DNA of 64,000 nucleotides from Stylophora pistillata (Eukaryota): NCBI RefSeq assembly GCF_002571385.2, contig NW_019217784.1, positions 1,898,863 to 1,962,862 of the forward strand, read 5' to 3'. Shown piece by piece: positions 39,860 to 50,960 of this stretch (position 1 is its first letter; each line of letters starts with the position of its first letter). The notes under the pieces were generated by a model. It saw only the letters and a program-made list of their open reading frames with translations, ran no database searches and was not told where the DNA came from. The position numbers and the translations under genes were made by a program.

Positions 39860-42800
39860 ATTCCAGAAGCAGATGATAACTATTATATACAAATAAAACT
39901 AAAAAGAAAATACTTCTAGAAAAGGAAGTTAAGAGGTTATCCCTGTGTAAAAACTCCCTTAAAAGAAAAGACAAAATATAAATCAAAATCATTACAATCA
40001 AATATTTAAGTACGATTTAAGTTTAGATTTAAAATGCTGAAAGCTGTCAGCTTCCACTATATCACCCGGTAACTCATTCCATAATTTGACAATCCTAATA
40101 AAAAAAGAATTTTTGTAACAATTAAGTCTAGCTGGTTTAATATAGAGTTTGTATTGATGATTTGCTCTCGTAGACCGAATCGTGGCAATATCAAAGAAGT
40201 CTTCAAAATTTAAATGATAAAAACCAAAAACTATCTTATAACATTCGACTAAAGATAAGTAAGTTCTACGGTCAGAGAGAGTGGGCCATTTTAGCAGTTT
40301 GCATCGGTCTTCATAGGACATTTCTCCTTTGCGTTGATTTAAAGCGAGTCTTGAGGCTCTTCGCTGTACATTTTCAAGGGTATGGATGTCCTTAACAAGG
40401 TAAGGACACCAAACAGGTACCGCATATTCCAAGATTGGCCGTACCAGAGACATGTACAGCATAGAAAAAACATTTGTGTTAGCGGTGCCTACTGAGCGTT
40501 TAATGGAACCTAAAACTTTGTTCGCTTTATTGACAGTGATACTTATGTGATGGCCCCATGAAAGATCTCTAGTTAGTGTGACACCGAGATCTTTAAAATT
40601 AGTCACATCTTTCAGGGGCTTTTCTAAGAAATAATTAGTTACCGACTTATCGCGTAAATGCGTAATTCGCATAGATTCGCATTTGTCTGCGTTGAAACGT
40701 AGCTGCCACTTACGAGCCCATGCGCTAAGATTATTAAGATCATCCTGAAGAAGCTGACTATCTTTTATAGGGTCAATTATCTCTCTGTAGATCTTCGTGT
40801 CGTCTGCATATAGTTTCACTGTAGATGATAGGAATTCAGATATGTCATTAATATACAATAAAAACAATAGGGGCCCGAGAATGGTTCCCTGTGGAGTTCC
40901 GGAGGTAACGCACGACCAATCAGAATAAGATCCCCTAACGACTACACGTTGTTTGCGCCCCACCAAAAAATGTCTCAGCCAGTTGAGTAAACATTCGTCG
41001 ATGCCGCTACATTTCAATTTTAAAAGCAGTCGCTCATGAGGAACGCTGTCAAAGGCTTTGGCAAGATCCAGAAAAACAACATCGGTAGGAGTGGATGAAT
41101 TACGGGATTTCGCCCAGTCATTAAACGTTGATAACATTTGAGTTGTAGTAGATCTTCCTCGTAAAAAGCCAAATTGGTTGCTATTGATAAAGTCGATTTC
41201 GCGCCAGAACTTAATCATCCTATCAAAAACAATTTTTTCACAGATCTTACAAGCAATTGAAGTAAGGGAAATTGGGCGGTAATTTTCTCTCGAAGATTTG
41301 GAACCCTTCTTATGTAGAGGTGTAATGTCGGCATGTTTCCATTCCTCAGGCAAAAGGCCAAGAGACAACGATTTGTTTATCATATACGTCAACGAAGGTG
41401 CTAATTCCGAAGCACACGACTTAAAAATGCACGGCGCGATATGGTCAGGCCCAGGAGACTTATTGGGCTTGAGTTTCAGAAGATGGCGTTTGACCTCATT
41501 GACAGAACAATCAATTTTCGCAAGTTTCTTGTCAACAGTGCAGTCTTGAGTGGGAAACTTTGCATAATCTTCGGTAGTAAACACCGAAGAGAAGTATGAG
41601 TTCATACTCTGAGCAATACTGAAGTCGTCAGTCAGAACACATCCATCGACGCTTATAGAGATGAGATTATTAGTGCCTCTTCTCTTGGACTTAACAAAAT
41701 TCCAGAAAGGTTTCGGGTTTTCATTTTCCTGAAGATCAAGTGCAAGTTTCTCTATATAAGACCATCTAGCTGTGTTACAAAGTCTCTTAACAGAATTGTT
41801 GAGTTGCCGATATTTTTCCCAAATAGTTGAATTGTTTTTTCTGCGAGCTCTATTATACAATAATTTCTTCTTTTTGCACAAAACGATAAGTTCCTGTGTA
41901 ATCCAGGGGGCACTGGATCTCTTTTTATTCTTGCGTTTGGGAATGCACTCATCCACTGCTGTAAATAACAAGTCTTTCCAGCAAGCCCAATTATGATTAA
42001 TATCGCTGTCGAAGAAGGCGCAATGCCATGGAATATGAGATAACAGCGATCTTAAGTGATCCCAGTCGGCTTTACCATAGCAATACAACAACTTCTGTGA
42101 TTTACGCTGGACGTAAGGTATACCAGATAACGAGAAGGAGATAGAATTGTGATCTGAAAAGGGTTCTCCAACAACCAAATGGTTTACGAGGTCGGGCGAA
42201 GTAGTGAGAACTAAGTCTAGGATGTTCGAGTCTCTGGTAGGTTTATTTATCAACTGTGTCAAAAAATTGTCTTGGACGATGTCCATCATGAGTGTGTAAA
42301 TATCAGATTGACGCAAGAATCTGTTATTCAACCAATCAATCTCCGGAAGATTGAAATCGCCAACAAGAATCAACTCGTTCGTCGAAAACTCTTGCAAAAC
42401 AGCTTGTAAGTCCTCTAAAGGCTTAGGATCGTTATTGGGAGGACGATAGAAAACTCCCAAGGTGACTTTGCGATTGTATGAGAAAAGAAGATCGACGAAG
42501 ATGAACTCTGAATCGTTCTGTGTAGTATCACGGGGAACCGCTTTGATGTGTTCTCGCGTAGCAATCAATACCCCGCCTCCATGACGTCCATTGAGCTTTC
42601 GGTCCCGCCTAAATACCGAGTAGTTACTAGGAAAGATTTCACCGTCAGGGATGGAGCTGTCCAGATGAGTTTCAGTTAAAACAATTATATCATAGCCCAG
42701 AGCGGCAATGGCTAAATCCAATTTGCTTGATTTGTTGACGATGCTTCGTGCATTAGCATAAAAGGTTAGAAGACGAGAGGACTTTTGCTGTTCCGTAAAA

Positions 42801-43175
42801 TTGTGCCGCTCGGCTCCATTTGGACCAGGATTTGGGTTTACGTCGCCGCTCAACTGGAGAAGAATAATTTGGTAACTTGCAACAGAGTTAGGATAATAAC
42901 TGATTCTTGACGAAGAAAAACCTCTTCGAAGGATTGGCAAAACAATATGGCGCCTAGTCCAGGACGCTGTGAAGATATTTAAGTTCATTGAAACTACAAA
43001 CTCATCTTGTAGAACCAAGAAGAAATCGTCAGCTAAACACGGGAACATTTGAGATTGGCCCTGATCAGTCGTTTTTCCGCGATATAGAAGAATTAAACTG
43101 AGAATAAAACAAAGAAAACCGGAGAGTCGAAATGAGTGACCGTCAGCCATGACGACTCCACACCGTTAACTTAGA
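39860..43175 (-). mobile_element. non-LTR retrotransposon (CR1/L2 group LINE), intact single ORF
   Basis: 1050-aa ORF followed by a short AT-rich 3' UTR ending at the SINE junction; element ends approximate. Confidence 0.92.
39998..43150 (-). CDS. APE endonuclease plus reverse transcriptase (LINE ORF2) with N-terminal hydrophobic segment and 2A-like motif
   Basis: YANARSI, LTETHL, VGDFNLP, LDLVLT and FSDH (APE); ENYRPISL, FLDLAKAFDSV, GTPQGTILGPLLF and YADD (RT); LQLSGDVNPNPGP at aa 98-110. Confidence 0.97.
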   Translation of the reverse strand: MADGHSFRLSGFLCFILSLILLYRGKTTDQGQSQMFPCLADDFFLVLQDEFVVSMNLNIFTASWTRRHIVLPILRRGFSSSRISYYPNSVASYQIILLQLSGDVNPNPGPNGAERHNFTEQQKSSRLLTFYANARSIVNKSSKLDLAIAALGYDIIVLTETHLDSSIPDGEIFPSNYSVFRRDRKLNGRHGGGVLIATREHIKAVPRDTTQNDSEFIFVDLLFSYNRKVTLGVFYRPPNNDPKPLEDLQAVLQEFSTNELILVGDFNLPEIDWLNNRFLRQSDIYTLMMDIVQDNFLTQLINKPTRDSNILDLVLTTSPDLVNHLVVGEPFSDHNSISFSLSGIPYVQRKSQKLLYCYGKADWDHLRSLLSHIPWHCAFFDSDINHNWACWKDLLFTAVDECIPKRKNKKRSSAPWITQELIVLCKKKKLLYNRARRKNNSTIWEKYRQLNNSVKRLCNTARWSYIEKLALDLQENENPKPFWNFVKSKRRGTNNLISISVDGCVLTDDFSIAQSMNSYFSSVFTTEDYAKFPTQDCTVDKKLAKIDCSVNEVKRHLLKLKPNKSPGPDHIAPCIFKSCASELAPSLTYMINKSLSLGLLPEEWKHADITPLHKKGSKSSRENYRPISLTSIACKICEKIVFDRMIKFWREIDFINSNQFGFLRGRSTTTQMLSTFNDWAKSRNSSTPTDVVFLDLAKAFDSVPHERLLLKLKCSGIDECLLNWLRHFLVGRKQRVVVRGSYSDWSCVTSGTPQGTILGPLLFLLYINDISEFLSSTVKLYADDTKIYREIIDPIKDSQLLQDDLNNLSAWARKWQLRFNADKCESMRITHLRDKSVTNYFLEKPLKDVTNFKDLGVTLTRDLSWGHHISITVNKANKVLGSIKRSVGTANTNVFSMLYMSLVRPILEYAVPVWCPYLVKDIHTLENVQRRASRLALNQRKGEMSYEDRCKLLKWPTLSDRRTYLSLVECYKIVFGFYHLNFEDFFDIATIRSTRANHQYKLYIKPARLNCYKNSFFIRIVKLWNELPGDIVEADSFQHFKSKLKSYLNI

Positions 43176-44334
43176 ATTATTACATTGTTAATAACCTGTT
43201 TCTTTGTGACTTTCCTAATTGGACAATGTGCACCTATTCTAGAACCCTCGCTTGCTTGACGCCATATGCCTGTAAGTTGCATTATAGTCACAAAAACCCT
43301 CTCTTTCAAGTGAGCTATTTCCCTTTCAACTTTGAATTCTTCAGTAGAATGTACGCCTCACCAGCTAAGATGATATAGTGCCAATAGAAAGTAAAATTCA
43401 AATTGCAGGTTTCGTGGGTAGACCTGTCTACCCTGCCTATCGTTTTATAGTCAGAATCAGGGTCCATTTCATGAGGTAATCCTTAGGTATGGTGTCTTCC
43501 TGAAGCTGTCACTTGCATCTCGCATGTTACTTGCCGTAATGTTTTGGTCCAAACTGATAAGACACTGTGGGAAATCCGCAAAATTCACGGCTAGGAATCG
43601 GTTTATCTGATTCCCGTTGTGAGATCGCAGATGGCTAAACTCGATATTCTTATAAATGAGTGCTACGTTGTTACCGCGCAAAATAATTTAAAAATGAGGG
43701 AAACTATTGCAATTAGTGAGCAAAAATGAAATATTGATATTGCTGTATTTGGCTCTACATGCTCTCTGTTTTGCTAAATTTTCTTTATATTCTTCGGGTT
43801 CAATAAAAAAATTTTATCTATACACCTTGTTAAAGTCTCTTTCGTTATGAACCTCACCACACCTTATTATTTTCTACATATGATTTAAGATAGGTGGGTA
43901 AATAATTTTATCTCATGCAACAGTACAAGATTCACAGAAAGCTAACTTGATTTGCAGTTAGTTAAGACTGAATTCTTATAAATGTCAATCATCAATAATT
44001 TGGTCTATCGATCCAAACTGTTAATAAAGAATTATTTTCTTTCCTTTATTTATTAATTTACAAACACAATATACCTAGGGAAAAAGCTAAACAAAATAAA
44101 AAAGAGGAAAGTAGTAATATTACAGCACAATACTTGCAGTACAATGTGATGGTCAAGACTAGTTGCATCGTTTAGTTTACATGACCAGAACAATACAGTT
44201 TGTAGAAGTGTACAGTTTCGAAAAAAAGGCAGCTCTACTAACGTTGCACTTGCTACATATGTACAGAATTTTCTCTACGTTACGAGACAGAGTTCACAAG
44301 ATGTTTATGATCGATATACGGAAACAACGTAAAT

Positions 44335-45482
44335 TTAAGGAGCAGTAGATTGTAATACATATGTATTATTGGGCCAACGCAAAGTGCTTATAAAGAATTC
44401 ATCGAACAAACATCTCAGGCCTACTGAAGGATACGTTTGTGCAAAGTAGGTGGCAATCTGTTTGTCTGTCTGGCCTTCTTGGATTTTAGATTGGATTTCG
44501 TTCACCAAAGTTTGAGTGAGTGGATATGCACTGTCTGGGAAGGGCATGTCGGCATCGCTGTGATCTTTCACCAAAGTTCTGACTCTTTCCAGTGTTGCAT
44601 TTGGCATGAAATATCCTCGAATTGAATAGTAAAAGCTTTTGTGGTAGCTTTCACAGTTTTTGGCAATTTTCTCCCAAGTTTCGGCAGTGTTGACCAAATG
44701 TTCGTAGTTGCTCCCAGCTTGAATGTTCGCAGCTGCCACCCGTTGGTCCAACACCCTCTTCATTTCTTCCAGAAATGCCGTCACTCACTTCTGCTTGAAT
44801 TCTAAACTAGAAATTGCAGATTCCAATTTTTGCATTGTTCAGACTCCTAGACCAATTAGGGCAGCAACGCTTCCTAACCCAAAAACTGCATTAGCGACAG
44901 TGATACCTTTGGCACAAATTTTTTACATCGCGTTCCTCGGGAATGAGGATGTTTCTCGTGGAACTAACGGCATTCGCTCTTCATTCTCCACCGGAACTGG
45001 AAAGGCATCTTCCACCATGCTGTCGCTATGACTGTCGCTGAAATTTTCGCGCACAGTCCTCACGTTTGAGCTCATTTCAATACCTAGGTCTTCTGGAGGT
45101 TTTGCCGGTTGATTCTCAGAGGGCGCTACATCTCCTCCTCCACCTCTTGTATGAGGTATAGGGCCGCCGCCTGGATGTCCACTCGGGGCAGACCCGGACC
45201 CACATCTCCAGGAGTTGTACTATCGACGGTAATGTTTGTAGAAATCTTCGCCAGCAGATCGCTGGGAAGTTTGTCAAGATCCTTCTTTACTCGTCGAAGT
45301 TTGACGGCGACAGGATAGTAAATGTTGTCATATAAGTCACCTGCTGCACTCACGTCTCCTTGTAGCTTTTCTGCTTTTCTGTGGAGCTCGTGAATTTTCT
45401 TTCTTGAAGCGAAATCAAAACCAGCCCCGGCTGAAATGTTTCCCGCGCCGACCAAAACTGCTGTAATACCGGCTGCTGCCAT
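44335..45482 (-). pseudogene. hairpin-protein family member 2, pseudogene
   Basis: MAAAGITAVLVGAG..LYDNIYYPV..LDKLPSDLL, then a frameshift/deletion and three in-frame stops (TAA ~44923, TGA replacing the conserved Trp ~44839, TGA ~44785), then ..FYYSIRGYFM..EGQTDKQIATYF..GLRCLFDEFFISTLRW. Confidence 0.85.
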
Positions 45483-45929
45483 CGCAATCCACCAATTTGA
45501 CAGTAAACTGATAGAGTCTGAGTCTGAAAATTCTCGTTAAGTCTTGAATACATTTATTTCTTAACAGCGGTTTTATCTTAGCAACGCTTCATAAAATGAT
45601 ATACAATAGGGCTTCTCAGTTGTGATTTGTTGTTTGACACGGCACTGTCACGGTCAGTAAGTAAACAAATACCCCCTTGGATAACATTTCAGCTTAGATA
45701 TTGGTTTTAAAAGGGAACAACTAATCAGGTAGGCTGTTTGATCAAAGCAAAATGCTGATGATTTTAGGAGGTGGTGGAGTAAAAGATAAATTTCTACATT
45801 CCTTTTTTGTTAGAACAGGAAAATTCTCACATTACGCTCAATCGTGCGTCATGCGTAAAAAAGAAAAAAAAAAAGAAAAAAAAAAAGAAAGAAAAAAAAA
45901 TTTACTGGTGAACCAGTAGTTTCCATTGT

Positions 45930-46156
45930 GGTCCTTGCAAACAAATGAAACAAATGAAACAAATAGTCTAAATTGAACATAACATCACTAAGAACCCCAA
46001 CAGGCCGGAGGCAAACCAGTTGGCTAGTTACAAGCGTGGCCAAGGATCTGAACTCGGGGCTACCGTAAAACAAATCCGGTGGTCAGGGTGGGACTCGAAC
46101 CCGGGAGCGGCGGATTACGAGTCCGACACTCTAACCACTCGGCCACACTGCCTCCA
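45930..46156 (-). mobile_element. tRNA-derived SINE (second family)
   Basis: Minus-strand head GGAGGCAGTGTGGCCGAGTGGTTAG...GGTTCGAGTCCC followed by a body and (TTTGTTTCA)n tail. Confidence 0.8.
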
Positions 46157-46479
46157 CTGCCAAAAGTTATCAGATTTATTTTGTTATACCTGTTAATCGA
46201 ACAAAACAAAAAAAATAAACGTTTACATTATGGATAATGAAATATTTTTATCGTGCGAAGGAGTCCCATGTAACTTCTCCTCCCACTTGCCTCGTGCGTG
46301 TGTGCCACTTGCATTGTGGTTCCCTTGCGCTTGCTTTGAGCTGACTTGAATACGCACAAAAGTAACCCCAGGCGACTGCACATAGGACTTTGGTCAACCA
46401 TTGTGACCTTTGTAAGTTTAAGGACTTTTCCATAAGGTCGTAATAGTTGCAAGTATGATAAATATTGTAAGAAATAGAC

Positions 46480-46960
46480 AACTTTTTTGAGAGACATGTT
46501 TCGGCATGCTTATGTCATCTTCAATCAATGAGTAACAGAACGTGAGTAATTATATAACAGATAAGTAGATGAATAAAATATTTACAGTATGATGTAATAC
46601 AAAAGCGGGTACTACTTACAACGTGACACCAAGCATCAAAGGTAAAACTAAAAAAACAAACTAAAACGCTAGAAAAGTGTTATAATGCTGTAATTTTTTG
46701 TTAAGTTCAGGTTTGATCTAATTTATATAAAAAGCTTCTTTGAGTTTTAAATCAATTGAGTTGTTAGCAGAATCCAGAATTCTAAAGCAAGAAAGGGAGT
46801 CTTTGTTCTTACAAGAAGGAGATGTGTTGAAATGCTTAAAAATATGCGAGTTTTTATCGCTTTGCGTGTGCTCCTTTATCCTAGAGAAGTGGCGACTAGT
46901 TTCGCCAATATAACGGGAATTACATCCCGCACAAGAAATTGATAAACTGCTCAAATTGCG
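46480..46960 (-). mobile_element. Penelope-like element 3' fragment (GIY-YIG endonuclease)
   Basis: SCAGCNSRYIGETSR..RIKEH..SHIFKH..FRILD..LKLKEAFYI*IKPELN; degenerate hammerhead TTGAAGA..GAAACATGTC at ~46490-46525. Confidence 0.8.
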
Positions 46961-47370
46961 TGATCAACATGTTGATCCAAAAAAATGCAGGATTAGCCAA
47001 TATCATTGAAAGCGGTAGTTGTCTATATTTCAGTATGATACAAAAGAGTACTGCAGTATATTGAAACACCACCCTAACAATTCTACCTAAAGCAGTTACA
47101 GTCATGGTCTTCACCCAGTTCTTAAGTGTCACCTATCTGATATAACGCAAGGGGCAAATATTTTGAAAGAAGATTCAGTTAAACTTCAAGATGCTAGTCT
47201 CCTAATTGACCAATACGTCTGTTGAAAACAATTGCAGTGCTATGTAGAGTCCTGTTCTTTTATTATACATATACAAAGGAAGCCAATAAACGCTTTTTCT
47301 TATTCAAAAAGGCGCATATAATGTACGCTCATGGACCTCTCTTCTCAGCCACGCCCAAAGACTTGTCCAC

Positions 47371-48430
47371 CTAGGTTGGTGAGATCCAACGCAAGGAGCT
47401 GATGAAGAATTCATCGAAAACGAATCTCAAACCTACTTTTGGATTTTCTGTAGCAAAAAAGGCAGCAATCTCCTGGTCTGTCTTCTTTTGGTCAAACATG
47501 TACTTGATGTCATCTGCCAAGGTCTTGGCAAGTGGATAAACATCGTCTGGGTAGGTCTTACTCTTGTCCCCATATTCTGCGACCATTGCTTTGATGTCTG
47601 CCAGCGACTTTTTCATGAAGTATCCTCGAATTGCATAATCCGTCGATTTCTCATAACTGTCAAATTCCTCCGAGATCTTCTTCCAGACCTTAGCCATCGA
47701 AGTGAGCTGGCTGTAACTCTTTGTTGGAAGACCTGCTTCCTCCGCGATTGGATCTTGAAGCTTTCTCCATGGCCGATTGAAATGCAGTCACCTGAGTTTG
47801 CTTCGCTTTTACATCTTTTATCGCGTCTTTCAACTTGTCCAGGGTCCATACCCCCAGGCCGATGGTGACGCCAAGACCTGCCACTCCAAAAACTATTCCA
47901 GCCATGTTAAGACCATTGATGGCTTTCAAGTTAAGCTTTGGAGTTTTTGAGAAGGAACTGGCTGGTTCTGGAGGAAACCGGAGCTTCTTCACCATCAAGA
48001 GGAACGTATTCGAAAGGATCGGGCTCTTCTGGAGGATCCTCGTTTTGAGCTCTCCTATTTCGTTTGTAGCGGACGATCTGGAGTATTCCGGATATGACTC
48101 TAGCAGTACCTCCAGTGTACCCTATCACTTGACCAAGTATTTTAACAGCATGTTCACCTTCGCTCTCCTTGAGGGCATCGTTCATCTCGTTTTGCAGCTT
48201 CACTAGTAAATCGCTCGGGAGTTTGTCGATGGCCTTTTTTATACGCTCAAGATCGACAGCCACTAAGAAATAGACGTGATCGTAGAGATCACTGGATGTC
48301 TTCACATCATTTTTGAGTTTGTCTGCTTTTTTGTTCAACTCGTCAATTTTGTTTTGCTAAAAACGGGAACTTTGTTCTTAGCTTTGCAACTCTTTTCAAT
48401 CTGATTTATCTCTAACAATCCTTGTTCCAT
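47371..48430 (-). pseudogene. hairpin-protein family member 3, at least 3 frameshifts
   Basis: ORF pieces 47931-48338, 47690-47998 and 47371-47697 join into one protein closely similar to member 1 (KLPSDLL, AGIVFGVAGLGVTIGLGVWTLDKL, YAIRGYFM, KTDQEIAAFF, GLRFVFDEFF); candidate ATG at 48430 is out of frame. Confidence 0.85.
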
Positions 48431-49710
48431 CTAGTTTAAGATTTCCCACTGTGTTGTTATGTCTTACCAAATTAAAGTTTTTTTCTTTCTTAAGTGCATT
48501 TTAGAATGTCCCATAAGTCGCACAAAGTGACACAAAATATTACTATGGATCATATGAACGTCTTAAACCCTCAGGTACTAAAGAGTGACACACACATGAT
48601 TTCTCGTCGAGGTAATACAGCTGAAGCATTCATTAATCACGAGAATAAAGGAAGTGATCGTCAACCTAAGAAGCTTTGATTTTTAAACGAATTCTTCTCG
48701 TAAGTATCAAAGGAAATGTATAGAGAACAGTATGGAGAATATGCATACTGATGTTACGGTGTAAAGGATAAGGTGAAAAGCCGAGATTCCCTGAGTGCGA
48801 CTAGAGGCCGTGGTAATGTCTTTTCGTGACCACGTCCTTGAAAGAAATGTTTTTACAATTTGTCTCCAAAACAAAGGACAAACAGCAGTAGTGATAAACA
48901 CGATACAAACGCGCACACTGTAATAAATGTTTTGAAAAAGTATGTTGGTTAGATTGGTCATTGAGCCTCTGACAGCGAGGGCAGTAACAACAGTTTCCGT
49001 GATACGCTGTTTTGAACTTCACACTGTGAACCCAATGAGGTTACAGGCCATTGTTTTAGTGAATTAGTGAAAATACTTAAATAATTACCCAGAGTTCTCA
49101 GTGGTTATGAATGAAAGGGTTAGGTATCAGGTTATTCGCCTGCAAGTGCGTTTGACGCCTAAAAGAGAAAGAACAACTTTCCAAGAGGCTTTAAATCATT
49201 AAATCATAAAATTGATCCTGTTCCAAATATTGGGCCGAAACAATTTTAATCTTCACATGTGCAAGAATCATTTACACAGGCACGTCCTAGCATACATATG
49301 TGCGCTGAACCGTGAAATAAGCCACGTACGTAGGAAATTAAAACGTGGTGATAGCGAGGGAGCCAGAGCTGAATCAGATCGGACCCTTGGACTATTGCCG
49401 CCCACAGCACTATTGCAGTCGGCAATTTGCAATTTCCTCAACTAAGGTGGTAGACAGAAACTAACAGAAAACTTTATTTATTTAATTTTTTTAATCACTT
49501 TATTTAATCACGGAATCCTCATCACTAAAAGAAAGTGGTCTTCAAACGAGCCGTGCAAACGTTAAATCATCGCTGAATTTTAATATACTCTGAAATGATA
49601 AATGGATGATACAGACAAAATTGAATTACATCAAATGAATTATTCAATAAAAGTTCCACAGAATAGCCCTTGTCTCCAAGACCCGTGACCTAAGAAAATC
49701 AACAAACAGT

Positions 49711-50331
49711 TTATCGAATCGCGTGCAGGAAAGATCTTTCCAGCCAGAGTCCATGAGAACCGAATTCCACTGCAATATCATGATCGCTTTTTCCCTGCGC
49801 GTGCATGGACTTAATTTTTTCAGCCATTAGCTTCCCGAGCATAGATTCGTCAAGTGGAAGTGTAGGCGCAGCTGGTCTTGTGAAATTTGTAGCAGCCATT
49901 ACCATCAACATATTCTTAGAGGAGAATGACTCTTCGACAGCGTGATGCATGCTCAAGGGAAGCACTTCTGAGCTGCTGAGGTTTCTCCATTTTGGGACCA
50001 TATCTTTCAGCTTATCCCAGCTGCGATCGCTCGGGGGCAGTTTCTCAAGCAATGGACGCATTTCGTCTTGCATTTTATGGTAGATTGACTCCAGCTCTTG
50101 GCAGCGTTGGCGCAATTTGGCGAGTGTTGGCTGACTTGTCTTCTGGTTTTTGTAGGTAGAAAGTTCAAAGACTGTAAAGGTTATGTTACCAAGAACCTTC
50201 TCGCTGGCTGTCTTCAGACCAGTTCCGTCGTCGATCCATGGCAACGCCTGCAGAACTGGGGCATAAACATCCTCGTAAAAGGCGCCGACGGTTTTCGATA
50301 GAGAAAGTAACTGATTATACTGGCTTTCCAT
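49711..50331 (-). CDS. hairpin-protein family member 4: intact 206-aa homologue lacking the hydrophobic segments
   Basis: ATG at 50331 (GCAATGG); shares FYEDVYAPV, RSWDKLKDMVPKW, IKSMHAQGKSDHDIAVEF and FLHAIR motifs with the other members; intronless. Confidence 0.75.
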   Translation of the reverse strand: MESQYNQLLSLSKTVGAFYEDVYAPVLQALPWIDDGTGLKTASEKVLGNITFTVFELSTYKNQKTSQPTLAKLRQRCQELESIYHKMQDEMRPLLEKLPPSDRSWDKLKDMVPKWRNLSSSEVLPLSMHHAVEESFSSKNMLMVMAATNFTRPAAPTLPLDESMLGKLMAEKIKSMHAQGKSDHDIAVEFGSHGLWLERSFLHAIR

Positions 50332-50960
50332 TGCAAACGACCTCAGCTGAATTGTGAAAATACTTGAAAACTGGTGGGCAAAGAGGTACACAGCCCTGGT
50401 GCGTTTCCAAAGCAGATAAGTGTGTTTTCGTAAATAACTGTTGTTTAGTGAACCGAGTTGTTGTTGTAAAGCTGTGATGAGGAGAAGTACGTCTGGTAAT
50501 TGGAGTGGGTTGTTCAACAACTAAACAAACAGCCGAAAGTGCGTGTTTCGGGATCTAATCCGATTGTAGCCGCATATTTTCATGTTCCAATTGCAGGCGG
50601 GTGCAATGGTGAAAAAATACGCTTGGGATATCTGGTGACCTTCTTAAAATTAAAAGACAAATCTCGTCCATAAATATTGATAACACATTACTCGTGATTA
50701 GAGGAAAGTTCACTATTCCAAAGAAAATTGTGGAAGAGAGATTTCGTGATCGGGTCACCTGATGCTAATCGAAGGATCTGTGTAAGGTCAAGTTCCTGTA
50801 GAGTTTTATTGTTGTCATTGCCCCTGAACAAGGCTTTTTGTAAATTGCAACCGATACACAACAACACTACTGGTTAATACTTCACGTTCTTACAACACAA
50901 ATTCATTTAGTTCCTTAAGACCGAGTTAAGAGGAGAGCTCAACACTCCGTTCTACAAATC

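Noticed and set aside
50332-50520. N-terminal 63 aa of the 269-aa ORF
   Set aside because: Begins at a non-ATG codon; the first ATG in good context is 50331, where family similarity starts
45815-50712. NF-kB-like sites near the island genes (GGAAAATTCT ~45818, GGGAACTTTG ~48365, GGAAAGTTCA ~50703)
   Set aside because: All deviate from GGGRNNYYCC and are expected by chance
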